A stretch of DNA of 63,979 bases, filler included, from Perkinsus olseni (Eukaryota): the NCBI GenBank assembly GCA_013115125.1. It is 3 parts of 3 records of this genome, joined end to end, with 100 filler letters (N's around TTAATTAATTAA, not from the genome) between each part and the next. Parts side by side here need not be neighbours in the genome. Positions count along the whole stretch, not along the records: positions 1 to 23,460 come from JABANN010000521.1; 2 more parts are not named here. One strand, given 5' to 3'. The translations under genes and the position numbers were made by a program. This document shows positions 1 through 10,871 of this stretch, one piece after another (the stretch's first letter is position 1; every line of letters starts with the position of its first letter). The notes below the pieces were generated by a model. The model was not told where the DNA came from and searched no databases. It was given only the letters and a program-made list of their open reading frames with translations.

Positions 1-889
1 GCTCGCCCGAAACGACAACATCATCTCCTGTGCGCTGCTATTTCACCTTCCGTACCTAAACGGTACTCCTCATAGATAATAATCAACCCACCGAGCCTTG
101 GGTTGCACCGATAGTACTTCACGGAAGGATGGTCCAGTAAGGACCACAAACTAATAAAGACTCTTAATTTTAACTATACTACAAGCTCTAGCCTACTTAG
201 CTTGAATGTCTACGATCACACAGGGCAAACGCTACCCGCGCACGCCCTAAAATCGAATTGCTCAGTTTGCTCACAACAGCGCGTTTAGCCACATTATTCC
301 GTCGTTGATCTTCGTTCCATAAAATTCAGGAGCAGCATGATATGAGTGCTCAGTTACCGTGGAGCTGTGCACATGGCCGATGTCCGAAACTTGCTTCCTA
401 GAGAGGAGTTGAGCTTTCTGGAGGCGTTCTATGCTGAAACTACTGGCGTGATTCAGGATATCGAAAATGACTGCAGATCTTAAACAATATGAAACCCGGG
501 TAGCGGAAATGGGGAATTCTACAAGGCCTTGAAGGCCTGGCCTTCCCTCCCAGGACGAAATTTCCCGCGATTCCCGGGAAATTCCCGGGAATCCCTTAAA
601 AAATAGGGTAAAAACGCCTCTGCGGGTAATGGAACCTGCTCTATTCGAGAACAGGATTTTGAGCCACCCGGGGTGGCCCACCCCTACAAGTTAAGGGGGG
701 ACAAGTGCTCGTGAACCTCACGAACCTCCTCGGTTACCGGCAGCTCCACTGTATGATGCAAGGCCATCACACTTTTCTGGCCAAGCAGTTGCATTATTCG
801 GTCAAAATGGAAGGTAATACTGTTACTGTACTACTATACCATCCAGATTGGTACAGTCAGTCAAGCATGGCTGGGTGGAAAAAATGCCA

Positions 890-938
890 TTTTTCCCCCT
901 CCTTCCCCATTTTTAAAATGGGGAAGGAGGGGGAAAAA
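890..938. repeat. Perfect inverted repeat with 24-bp arms and a 1-nt spacer, followed by a purine tract to about 1026
   Basis: 890-913 TTTTTCCCCCTCCTTCCCCATTTT is the exact reverse complement of 915-938 AAAATGGGGAAGGAGGGGGAAAAA. An A/G-only tract follows. Confidence 0.95.
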
Positions 939-1124
939 GGAAAAAGGGGAAAGGAAGAAAAGAGAAGGGAGAAAAAAAAAGAGAAAGAGAGAGGAAGAAG
1001 AAAAGGAGAGGAAAAAAGGAAGAAATAACCGAATACTCTTGTGCCCTTGTTTATTCACCAACGCAAGCCAGGAGACGTTGAGAGTTTTATTAATAAGAAT
1101 CAGATAATAGATGGCTTCGAGTCG

Positions 1125-1394
1125 CCATCGCCTGAACAGGAGCGGTGCTCAGTCACACAAAGCCCACTGTTTCTCACATGCTTCATTCCATTGCTGGATC
1201 GTGTTATCGACGAAGGAAAAAATATCAGCGACCTATCGACGAAATGGCTCTTGGCCACCATCGCCTAAGCAGGAGTACTCAGTCACACAACGTCCATGCC
1301 CACTGATTCCTACCGGCTTGCATTTCATTTCATTGCATATTATTGCTGCATTGTGTTATCGAAGAAGGAGAAAATATCGCCGGACCTATTGACG
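1125..1394. repeat. Degenerate direct repeat, two copies (1125-1241 and 1258-1394)
   Basis: Shared blocks occur in the same order: CCATCGCCT..CAGGAG, CTCAGTCACACAA, GCCCACTG, GTGTTATCGA.GAAGGA.AAAATATC, GACCTAT.GACG. Confidence 0.85.
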
Positions 1395-3954
1395 GGTGAC
1401 CCGTGACTCACACGCTACGACGAACTTCACACCACTTACCACTCGGGCTGTGTCGGTTCCACCATCGGGAGTTCCACTGTTCCGGGCACACGGAGAGGCC
1501 CTCTCAAGCCGAGCGGTACCCCGTCATTACTGCAAAAATCAATGGAGAGTCAATAGTACCCGAGCCAAGAGACCGATTACTACCAACCGAGTTCGTTCAA
1601 GTCCATCAAATCAAAGCCCTCGCTAATCTCGTCCTGCTTGTGATGCTCACTCCGGCGGCGACGTTTATTCTCTTTTTTCCTTTGGGCCTTATCCTCCTTT
1701 CTGCGCCGCTTCAAACCACGTAGATGAGCGAGACGTTCGGGGGCGATATTCTCAGCTACCGGGCAGAAGTGAACTGCAGTCTTCTGGTCATCTTCAAGAA
1801 ACCGTTCGTGCATTGGCAGGCATTCACCGTTAGGAGACTTGATGATGGTCTTGAATGGCAGTGAGCAGATACCACAACAGCGAGACCCTTCCTGCTTGTT
1901 TTCCACGGTGAGCGACTTAGCACGCTCTTTAGCCCGGCCCGCTTCCTCCTTCCTCTTCTGTCTCCTCTCAACCTCGGCCTTGGGTGCTTCGGGGCATATG
2001 CCGTATTTGCCTCCATTGGGACTCATTTCATGAGAGTTGTACCCAGGGGCGAGAGGCTTGCCACACCATTTGCATATCATAGATGGTCGCCTGGTTGGTT
2101 CCTTCTCCAAAACGGACTCTCCCGACGACGGCTTCTCTGAGGTCGAGGTGCTGGAGGCAGAGGGCCCAGCGCGATTTTCCGTGTTGGCTGTTATAGGAGC
2201 ACCCTTTAACGGTCCCCTGTTCATCCAGTCATTCAATATGTCGGCACCAGTGGCAGGCTCAGGAGCAAGTGGTGGACGCGACCCGCTCAGTTTGACAACA
2301 GCTGGATGCACCGGCTCAAGCACTTGAGGTACATGCTCCTCTCCTCCTCTCATCTTCGACTCAAGTTCCACAACTGATTTCATATCGGAGACCGGGAGGG
2401 GCATACCAGCACGCTTATTGTGCAACTCGCGAGCAAATAATCTGATGTCACCGACCGTAATGCTAGGTGAAGGGACCGGTGGCTTCCCGGACTCTAATGC
2501 GGCATTCAGCTCACTGAATGCTCTTTTCTGGTAGGCCTTGTAGATGTCTTCGGCGTGAGGCCCAATCGTGGCAATAAGGTCCGCCACAAGGCCTCGGCGA
2601 GGCCGCCTCGCACAAGAGCCGGCCAGCGCGCCAATTTAATCGGAGCCGTCCGTGCTCCGAGGCCTACAACCCTCGGAGATTTGGTCCTCCTCGGCGAGGA
2701 GTCCTCGCTCCACCCTCCTTCGCCTGTTCAAAGTCGTCGCTCTGGGGGTCATTGACCTGAGACCATACCGTCAAGAGCAATCAGAAGTAACTTTACCCCA
2801 AAGTACTAATCTTACCGTTGATGTGATGCTGGATTCTGCATCCGAGTCGTAATCACGTAGACTCGTCCGAAGATTCTGCTCCTTCCTTGGTCTTCAGCCA
2901 CTCCTCAAACGTCGCACGGTAGAGCGACTCGTCGATAGTTCGCAAATACTCGGACCCGAACAAAATCTCCTCGGCCAAGACGACCCTTCCCCTCATGTCT
3001 CTGGCTTCGCTCGGGGCGAGGGGTATGGGCAACCCCTCCCAACCGTCCACCAGCTTACTGAATCTTCTCCTGTTGCTGAAGACCGCGCGCCATAATAATA
3101 AACAATCCCATAAAGGCTTTATGATAAAGCACATGAGGCTTGCGTAAGGTGCCACGTATCCCTGCGCATCACGCTGTGCCTTCCTTCGTTTGCCACTGTA
3201 CCCCTGCGCCATCTATAGCATCCCCATTTATCAGCATGGCATACGCTGCCGTCCAAATCCGACAGACAGCCTGTCAGGATGTGTTTAGCGAGGATACGAT
3301 AAGCCGGCCAGAATGATGGACCAAGGAGAGGATAGGATACATCTCCTGGCTGGGAGCTGTTTGCGCCGTCATCATCACAGGCAGCAGAATCGCGGTCCAG
3401 TTGATAGTAGGTACGGATGGTTTCATCTAGTCTTTCCTTTAGGACTTTCCCCTCAGGTATAAATCTTCTCACCTTCTCCCTCAGCTGCTTTTCACTCAGC
3501 TGGCCATTCCCCCCTGCCTTCAGATTAGCGGCCACGGCCTGCTCGTAGTCCTGGCTAGAGCTCACCATACAAGCTTTAGCGACGGCCTTGCAGAACTCCC
3601 CGTGACGGGGATGGTTTTGTGTGCAGGCCTTCAATATTCGTTGTTGCCAACAACGGCCAACAACTTGTTGGGCGTGCAGCAGGTCTAATCGACGGGGAAC
3701 CTCCATTCATACATTGCTGTTTCATACATTGTAGGTTTCGTCCACGATTGTTTCGTCCATGGTAGGGTTCATCCTGCTTGCTTCGTCCATGTTACTTCCG
3801 TACATCCTCATTCATACACACCCCTTTCGTCCACGGGTCTTGAGTACATGATTCTTTCATCCACGCCGTTTCGTCCAATCATGCTCTAACTCCGCTTCTT
3901 TCTTCCAGGGCTTTTCGTACAGGCCTTTCGTACATGTGAGTTTCATCCACGCTA

Positions 3955-3998
3955 CTTTTAGACATATGTGACGCCGCGGCGTCACATATGTCTAAAAG
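3955..3998. repeat. Perfect 44-bp palindrome
   Basis: CTTTTAGACATATGTGACGCCG|CGGCGTCACATATGTCTAAAAG, with no spacer. Confidence 0.97.
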
Positions 3999-4043
3999 AC
4001 ATACGCGCCGGCGGCTGCGGCGCCGGCTCCACTCTTACCATCT

Positions 4044-4116
4044 ACCCTTATCCCGATTCGAACCTGGGACCATCGTCATGCAAGCCGGGTGCTCTACCAA
4101 TTCCGCTATATCCACC
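4044..4116 (-). pseudogene. tRNA-Ala(TGC)-like degenerate sequence with Pol III A and B boxes
   Basis: The minus strand reads GGTGGATATAGCGGAATTGGTAGAGCACCCGGCTTGCATGACGATGGTCCCAGGTTCGAATCGG. It has an A box, a CT-TGC-AT loop and a GGTTCGAATC B box at tRNA spacing, but the stems pair poorly. Confidence 0.7.
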
Positions 4117-5849
4117 ACCTACTACAGCCTTAACATCTCACCGCCGCCTCTACTGGTGAGTCACCAGTGGTGACGATCTAGCACTCCTCCGCATCAGGTT
4201 GTCTCTGTGATGATCCCAGTGCCTAGAGGCTCCAAACATGAATGGAGCCAAGTTGAATAGTTGGGTATCGCATGGGCGGTACTTTTTCGGAAATCAGGAG
4301 GAGTCATACAGGTGAGTAGGTTAGCAGCTCTAGCTGGTATTACCGAGGTCGCGGGTTCATTTCCTTCGATAAACATTTGCGTGTCGTCAGTTTCATATGT
4401 ACGAACCACTATTGGACGAATGAATTTTTTTCGAAAAGATCGTGCCCGAATAGATCACGACGAGCATATCTTTGGATCAACCGCCCATGGACGAGATAAT
4501 CGTGTACGAAACCGGTTATGGATGAAAAAATCGTGACCAAAACATACAATTTTTCGGTGTACGAAGAGATCATGAATGAACCGAAATTTGTACGAAACAA
4601 TCTTGGATCGAAGCTGCAGTGGACCAATCGATCATGGACGAATCGCGGTACACCCCTAATCGAAGGGTCACCTTGGAGCAGCCGCACGCTTCAGTCAGCA
4701 TCGCCTTGATCGATGCGGATTCAGCACCGCAGCAGCTCCGGTCCACGTAGCAGATAAGGTGCCCGTCCTCCGGTAGGCGATTCCGGAGTTGGGCAAATAG
4801 GCCCCGTAACTCCCCCCAGGCAGTCGAGCTCACAGCAGCAAGTCCCAGCACCGTACCACCGTCCCCGATCAAAGCGGCGACATATCCAGCGCGATTATTC
4901 ACCAGTTTCTTCGAGATCATCTTCGTATGGTCCACGCTCACCGTCCTCGTCACGGTAGTGCCAGACAACTCACGCGTGACCCGTCGGGTCAAGTCGGCCC
5001 GGTGTCGAGAGAAGTCGGTCAACAACGCCCTCTTGAACGTATGGAAGACAGCTTCTGGCGGCGCGGGTATCAACGACGCGGGATCAGAGCAGCAGAGTTC
5101 TGGCTCGCTGCTTCGCTCGTAGAGTACAGAAACGCCCCCGGTGAGCACTTTTCCAAGGCCCGCTTCAGAACAGCCCGCCACCACACTCGCTGGCAATGAT
5201 AATAAGAATGCTCCATCAATAGAGCTGAATGAATAGCCGCAAGTTGCCGCTATTTCTTCCTTAGAAAATATACTTTGTCCTTAAGAAAAAGATTTTAATC
5301 CGAACTTAAGGGATAGGGATGCGATAAGGAGTGGTTTTAGTCGAATGGAGTGTTCATCGGTATAGCTAAATCCTGGTCGGACTTCCGCATGGGAAATAGA
5401 TAATCGTCCAAGGACCCTAAGGGACTCAACCTAGCCGAATTTTCGGCATCCGTCCAAAATGCTCAGAGAATCGGCCGCACATATCGTGCTACCACTGTAT
5501 CATACGGTACCAGTAAATCCTACTACTGCATCTCATGATGAGAGTACCTCGTGAGGAACCCTCATAGTATATTCCTCCACACCCTCGTCGGGGACCGCGA
5601 GTTCTCGTCCGGATGCAATGTTCGCACTTTCTAACACCAAAATGTGAACACAAGCTTCCTGCTATATTCGACACCGACACCGACAACAACATCATCACGA
5701 GAGGTGAATATGGCAAAATGAATAGAAGAGTGGTAGACGACCGGCACGCGAGCCTGTCGAGCCTTCAGCAGGCGGCGCGACCACATGTAAGAGGGGTTTC
5801 CCCATCTCCACCCTCAGAGGTGCGGCATGAACTACTCCCGCTTCATGCC

Positions 5850-7865
5850 CTAGCCGATCTTACTGAGCTTGAGTACACCGGTAGAGTCAGCACCTCGCGG
5901 GCTGCCCGAATCCCTCTCATGAAACTCCAACGACCAGCCCAAGTCCGTCTTGTAACGAATGCAAATGTTGTTCGGAATGAAGTTGTTGTGGTCCAAGAAT
6001 GATCTAATGGCATGTACCGACAACGACCAGTCAGTAGCTGGCAAAGCGAGTTGCATACAGTTGTCGTCAGTAGTCGTCGAGACGCCTGCAAATGCCACTT
6101 TACGTCCGAACTTCTCCTTCAGTTCCAACGTAATCATACGACGACCGGTAGAGGAGTTGGTCGTAATACCCACTCCAATACGAGCCGTCCCATAGAACGT
6201 CTCATAGTCTCCGTCCGGTAGAGTCCCGGACGGGAAGATCCGCGAATCGGAGCTCTCCCCATCTCCAGACACGTTTGTCTCTTCATTGACCATATGCCCT
6301 TCCTCCATGACGTGGGGGTTTCCCGCCCGCATGAAGCTGAGCTCAGGGAGTAGGTCCCATAACTCCGGTAGATTCTGATCCGCGGTCGAATCCGGCGGCT
6401 CTCCGGATCCGACAGGTTCCACCAACTCTAGGGCAGCCTGCCCTGATGGCGAAGCGACTCCACCGTGAGCTTCATTATCTGTTGTTGTAGCCTCCGATCT
6501 GCGCAGTAAGAAGGCGTGGTCAAAGCCGTACAAATGGTACGAGTCTTTCTCAACACCGATGCCAACCAGCAAGCCCCCCGACGTGTCACAGAAGACAATT
6601 TGGGAGGCGAGATTCCCAGTAGGAGTAAGGGCCCTCGTAAAAGAGTAAAGGTGACCCACGAACGTACTGACTTCATTTTCGCGCGCTGAGCTGTGAATCG
6701 GCGATAAATGGAAACATCTAGCCTTCAAATCGGGCAGTCCGTACTCCGCAAGTTTCAGTCTTTGCGTGAAGACGTCTTCGTACCACACCAAACGACATTG
6801 TTTCTTCAATGATACCGATTGCCAACGAACTGTGGCTTTCACAGTTGCCAATTGTTGTCCACCACTCTCCCAAACCTCCATCCGAAAATCGGTAAGGCCT
6901 CGCAAGGTAGGGCACACAGCAGCTGAACTCACACTCTTCGCCTCGTAGACTCCGTTACGTATCAACTGCTGGAAATCCGCGTTTTGTCGGGCAACGATTT
7001 GACGATTACCTTCATCCACCACCCCAGACTGCGGTACTGAAGAACCGGAGTCTCTGGTGCTAACCGAACGCGCATTTTTCGTCGGGTCAAAGCTGTTACT
7101 CATTAAGTCCTTGTCAGGGTGAGAGCGCCCAATACTTGATAACTCTAGTGAGAGGCCCCGTGGGTTCAACCCGGTACTCTCTGGAGCGAACTCGTTCCGA
7201 TTTTTAGGCTGCTTCGCGGTCTTAGGCGCTCTCTCCCTCTTCCGACCCTCCAAAGGCGTCGCTGATGCAGGGAGGACTGCATTATGTGCCGTTCTATCGG
7301 CGGGTCCACCAAGTAGAATTGATGCGTCGAAAGCTGTTAGTCTAGTGTTCCGTGTCACCAGCCCAATAAGGACCAATATGTCCGACGATCCCATCAGGAA
7401 GCAGAAAGCGACCGACCGTGACCGTCCGACATCAGCTCTATTCGTAGACTGGTATAGCGAGTACGCAAAGTTACCAGAGACACTAGAACTGCCCGAATTA
7501 CGAGCAGGTCGAAAGCATTCAGATAATTGGTGAGTTCCGAATATCCCCTTCGTTTCCTTGATGAAATTGTCGTTATACCACACCAATCGGAATTCTCCAC
7601 TGGTTGTTGACCACTCATCACCCACTTGGGCTCTCAAAGAAGCTACTTGTTGGCCCTTATCTTCCCAAACTATCATTTCGAAGTCGGTAAGCCCCGGCAA
7701 GGCTGGGCAAATTCCAACGGTACCTCGTCCTTTTGCCCTGTACGTTCTCGACGGCAGCTCTTCTCTCATAACTGGGTCGTATGCCTTTTTGGGAGCGGCG
7801 CTCTGGACAACGTACAGCAGACGAAGGAGAGTTAGGGCCGGCGTATACATAGGGAATGGCGTCAA
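5850..7865 (-). CDS. Intronless 671-aa putative secreted protein with an internal domain duplication; function unknown
   Basis: Long uninterrupted ORF with a hydrophobic N-terminus (ALTLLRLLYVVQSA). Repeated module: CPALPGLTDFEMIVWE..FRLVWY versus CPTLRGLTDFRMEVWE..CRLVWY. Confidence 0.8.
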   Translation of the reverse strand: MTPFPMYTPALTLLRLLYVVQSAAPKKAYDPVMREELPSRTYRAKGRGTVGICPALPGLTDFEMIVWEDKGQQVASLRAQVGDEWSTTSGEFRLVWYNDNFIKETKGIFGTHQLSECFRPARNSGSSSVSGNFAYSLYQSTNRADVGRSRSVAFCFLMGSSDILVLIGLVTRNTRLTAFDASILLGGPADRTAHNAVLPASATPLEGRKRERAPKTAKQPKNRNEFAPESTGLNPRGLSLELSSIGRSHPDKDLMSNSFDPTKNARSVSTRDSGSSVPQSGVVDEGNRQIVARQNADFQQLIRNGVYEAKSVSSAAVCPTLRGLTDFRMEVWESGGQQLATVKATVRWQSVSLKKQCRLVWYEDVFTQRLKLAEYGLPDLKARCFHLSPIHSSARENEVSTFVGHLYSFTRALTPTGNLASQIVFCDTSGGLLVGIGVEKDSYHLYGFDHAFLLRRSEATTTDNEAHGGVASPSGQAALELVEPVGSGEPPDSTADQNLPELWDLLPELSFMRAGNPHVMEEGHMVNEETNVSGDGESSDSRIFPSGTLPDGDYETFYGTARIGVGITTNSSTGRRMITLELKEKFGRKVAFAGVSTTTDDNCMQLALPATDWSLSVHAIRSFLDHNNFIPNNICIRYKTDLGWSLEFHERDSGSPRGADSTGVLKLSKIG

Positions 7866-10800
7866 ACGACAAAACTAATATTATTATTAAAACTAGTACC
7901 ATCCACCGCTATGATACTTTAAGAGATCAGTTGAAAGTATGAGGACGCTCGATCTCTTTTTTTGCCTCGAGAGGCCGCAAAGCAGGCTGTTGACAACAGC
8001 CCAAGTCCTATCCGTGCTTTTAAGTTGTCTGTCGAGCGGTGAAGGACAAACAGCGCGCGACTGTGGGAGGGGGGCAACAACGTGAGAACTTTCAAAGTTC
8101 AACTTTGGAATTGCGAAGGCAGGAACCGTTCCTGAGGAACGAAAAATCCGAGATCCCCCCTGAAACCCGAGAGGGCTACCAGATCCTTGGGGATGCTTCC
8201 GTTTTTAACTTCGGGAATTACCCCTTTCGAGACGGTCCCAGTAATCGGGCGAGCGACAGTTTACAGGCGCGTCTGCATAGAGTAAATACTAGTGAGAGCA
8301 AGAGTGCAAGACGCGCATCTCACTTTGACAAACTGAGTGCTCACCTTTTGATGTTACCAGTAATATCAGCGGGCAGAGCATCGACCCCAACAAGCCACCA
8401 GCAGTCGGCAGTAGCACCGATGATACGATTGGATCCACGCAAGTTAGAGTATACGCCACTGTTCGCTACCATCGATAGCATAGTCGATGCCCGAATGCCA
8501 ATAACACCTCTGAAGACCGTAGAGAACGCCATCAAGGGTAGTATGGAGATGAGTATGAGGCCGAGTGCACTGGCTACTCTGGCCGAATGTGACGAGATTA
8601 CTCCACCTAGCGCATCTTCTCTAGTCTCCGCGTTCACTAAATAGTGTGGTTATAGTATGTTACATAGTACTACGTGGTGTTTCGAATTAGTGCGTTCGCT
8701 TCTACGAGAAACTTTTACGGCCACTGTACAACGGCCAAATCCGGTTCGTCTAAACTATTTCCCATTACTCCGACTTACGGCGAACTGGTCTCGAGAAATC
8801 GAATGATTTGCCCGGCTATCGGTTACTGTACCGAAATGCCGAGAATTTCCGTCATTCGCCTAGAAAATCAGTATGATACCGAAAAAGGTAGTATTGTGAT
8901 CAACCCGCTCAGTTTTATACCGATCTGAATCTCTCCGTTTCATTTCTTCCGGCGAAGTAGTAGTCCGAATGTCGGCGATGATGAATGCAAGCCCCCCGGC
9001 GGAAATGTCCTCCACTCTCTGCTTGTGGCGAGCCGCTTGGTGTTTTCGATCCTAGGAACTGCTATCAGCTCGCCGGCCCGGCGTCTACTGTACGCCGGTT
9101 AGACGGTTAGGCGTCTTTGTCGGACGCCGATGACTTCTTAGACAAAGACAGCATACCCTAGAAAGATGATGAACTCTAATTCGCAGGTTGATAACCGCGT
9201 AAACCGCGAAACAACGAAGGCGACCAGAACTTGGGAGCCGGGTAGATCATCGACGCTCAATATCTCTTCTACTTTTGGCGTAGCGGAGCTTCCTCTACCC
9301 CCTCCCCGTCTTGGATGTATATGAACTTGTTGAGGCTGCTCAGTGGTGATACTACCCCGGCTACTCCTAGCCGCCACTTTCGGAATCTTCGCTGCTGATT
9401 CGGCCGAGGGTTGCATCGCCGATAAGTCCGCAGTTAAACCTGATGATTAGCAACTTGTTCAAAAGCGATTAATCAGCTTCTTTAACACATCCAGAATCGA
9501 CATTATCTACTCTCCTGTCGAACATCTTCCCCCCGGTGAACTAGCGGCGCTCTCAAAGTCTCCGCTCGGGGCCGAGTCGGACATGCCGAACACTACAATG
9601 CCCAAGAGACAGGCCGGCCTCGGGTCAGGCTCGAAGCATGTATTTCTCTGTCAATCGATCACCCCTGTTGAGAGGGCTCGCCGGAGATCCCCGCCGCTAT
9701 CAGCATTCTCATTTTCTCATTCTCATTTTCTCATTTTCTCAAGGTCCGCGGTCTTTTTCGTTGAAGGGCCTTCAACGATGTAATACGCAGATTGGAGAGT
9801 GCAACTCAAATGGACCAGGAAAATATCCAATTTCGGGTAAGCCGAGCTCCTCGTCTACCGACTTACGATCGACTCTTGACAACGGCTCGGAAGTCGAGCG
9901 TCGTCCTCTCGACGCTCTCTTTTTTTCAGGAACTCTTTTGTTTCCTCCGTGAATGGGCTCATTGTGTGCGTGAATGGCCTTGGAGTATTGCTCTTGCGTC
10001 TGCCCGCAGAGGCCCATCCTTCTTGCGGTCGTGCGTGGCGCGCCTCTTGGGCGGCTGCCTGACTGCGTCAGTATTCAGGCTTGCGCGTGGAACTACCCGT
10101 ATGGGTGTGATCCGCCGTGACTCTTATCGTGAGCAGGCAGTGCTTAGCGCCGGTCATTTTCCGGTCTCTCACGGGGCCATTCAGCTGGCTCGGGGACTTC
10201 ATAGCTGGCTTCACGCACGTGACGTCTTCAGTAGCCTCGTTGCGTTGGCAACTCAAGGCCCTACTCGTCTTGTCGTACCACCTCTCATTGGAGGCTTTAT
10301 AAGACTGGTCCCTCACTCAGTCGATTAGTGGGTCTTCCCGCTTCTATCCGGGGGCCCGGCGGGTAGCGTCAGTCCGCACCCTTAATCAGCCTTGGGTTTT
10401 CTAGTCGTGTACCGTCGCCTCTCGGCTTGGGCTTCTGCCTCACCCTCGGCTCTGCGTCGGGGATGGCGTATTTGGCGGGCTCCATCCCCTTCCTCGGCCT
10501 CCGATCTGTGGCAAGGTTGGGCTTCGATCACCAAACTTGTGCCTACCGGACCGCGATCGCCACTTGCAGCATCGCCTTCGGCCTCGGCACAGTTTGCCTT
10601 CGCGTTACCCTCGCTACCGTCGTGAGGTCCTGTCGACCTTTCTGACGCTAGCGCGGTACCGCGCCTTGCCCCATCTCGGAGACCAGAGGTTTTACACCGT
10701 AAGTTTGACAGAGAGTTGCGCGAGCTACACACTACCAAATAAGAGACAGATACTGTAACCAGTAATTTACTCACTTAAAACAGTGTGAATCCGTCCGTTT

Positions 10801-10871
10801 GTTTTGTACCACACTCTGCTCTGTCGGAAAATCATCTGCGAAACTCAGCGGGGCAATGAAGCAGCAGCAGA

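Larger units (their letters stand above)
3693..4655. mobile_element. Non-autonomous foldback-like DNA element (963 bp) with 8-bp TSD
   Basis: TSD CTAATCGA lies at 3685-3692 and 4656-4663. The left arm has a TTCRTMCA motif about every 15 bp (3706-3950). The right arm has the complementary TGKAYGAA about every 15-16 bp (4398-4642). Removing the element and one TSD copy restores the host frame KVTLRLDLLHAQQ. Confidence 0.92.
1580..5196 (-). mobile_element. Decayed Dada-like DDE DNA transposase, interrupted by a nested element and frameshifts
   Basis: ORF pieces 4570-5196, 3119-3706, 2853-3212 and 1580-2587 carry these motifs in order: VSVDHTK (D1), YVDRSCC (D2), reconstructed RLDLLH (DxxH), HPRHGEF, KHILTGCLSD, YRWRRGTVANEGRH (E), LFGSEYL, and two C-terminal CxxC...H...CP knuckles. 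I recall this motif order from Dada/DUF6729-type transposases. No search was run. Confidence 0.75.

Noticed and set aside
705-1061. K/E/R-rich and F/L/S-rich ORFs
   Set aside because: They are translations of the purine tract and its complement.
1425-1460. Minus-strand GCCCGAGTGGTAAG resembling a tRNA D-arm as a possible Dada target half
   Set aside because: It is too short, and no matching 3' tRNA half or TSD was found on the other side of the element.
3706-3950. Short repeated core with variable spacers, superficially CRISPR-like
   Set aside because: The core is only about 8 bp with about 7-bp spacers. It is mirrored at the other end of a TSD-flanked insertion, there are no cas genes, and the context is eukaryotic.
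8039-8644. 201-aa plus-strand ORF and overlapping hydrophobic minus-strand ORF
   Set aside because: There is no recognisable motif, and I cannot tell which strand, if either, is coding.
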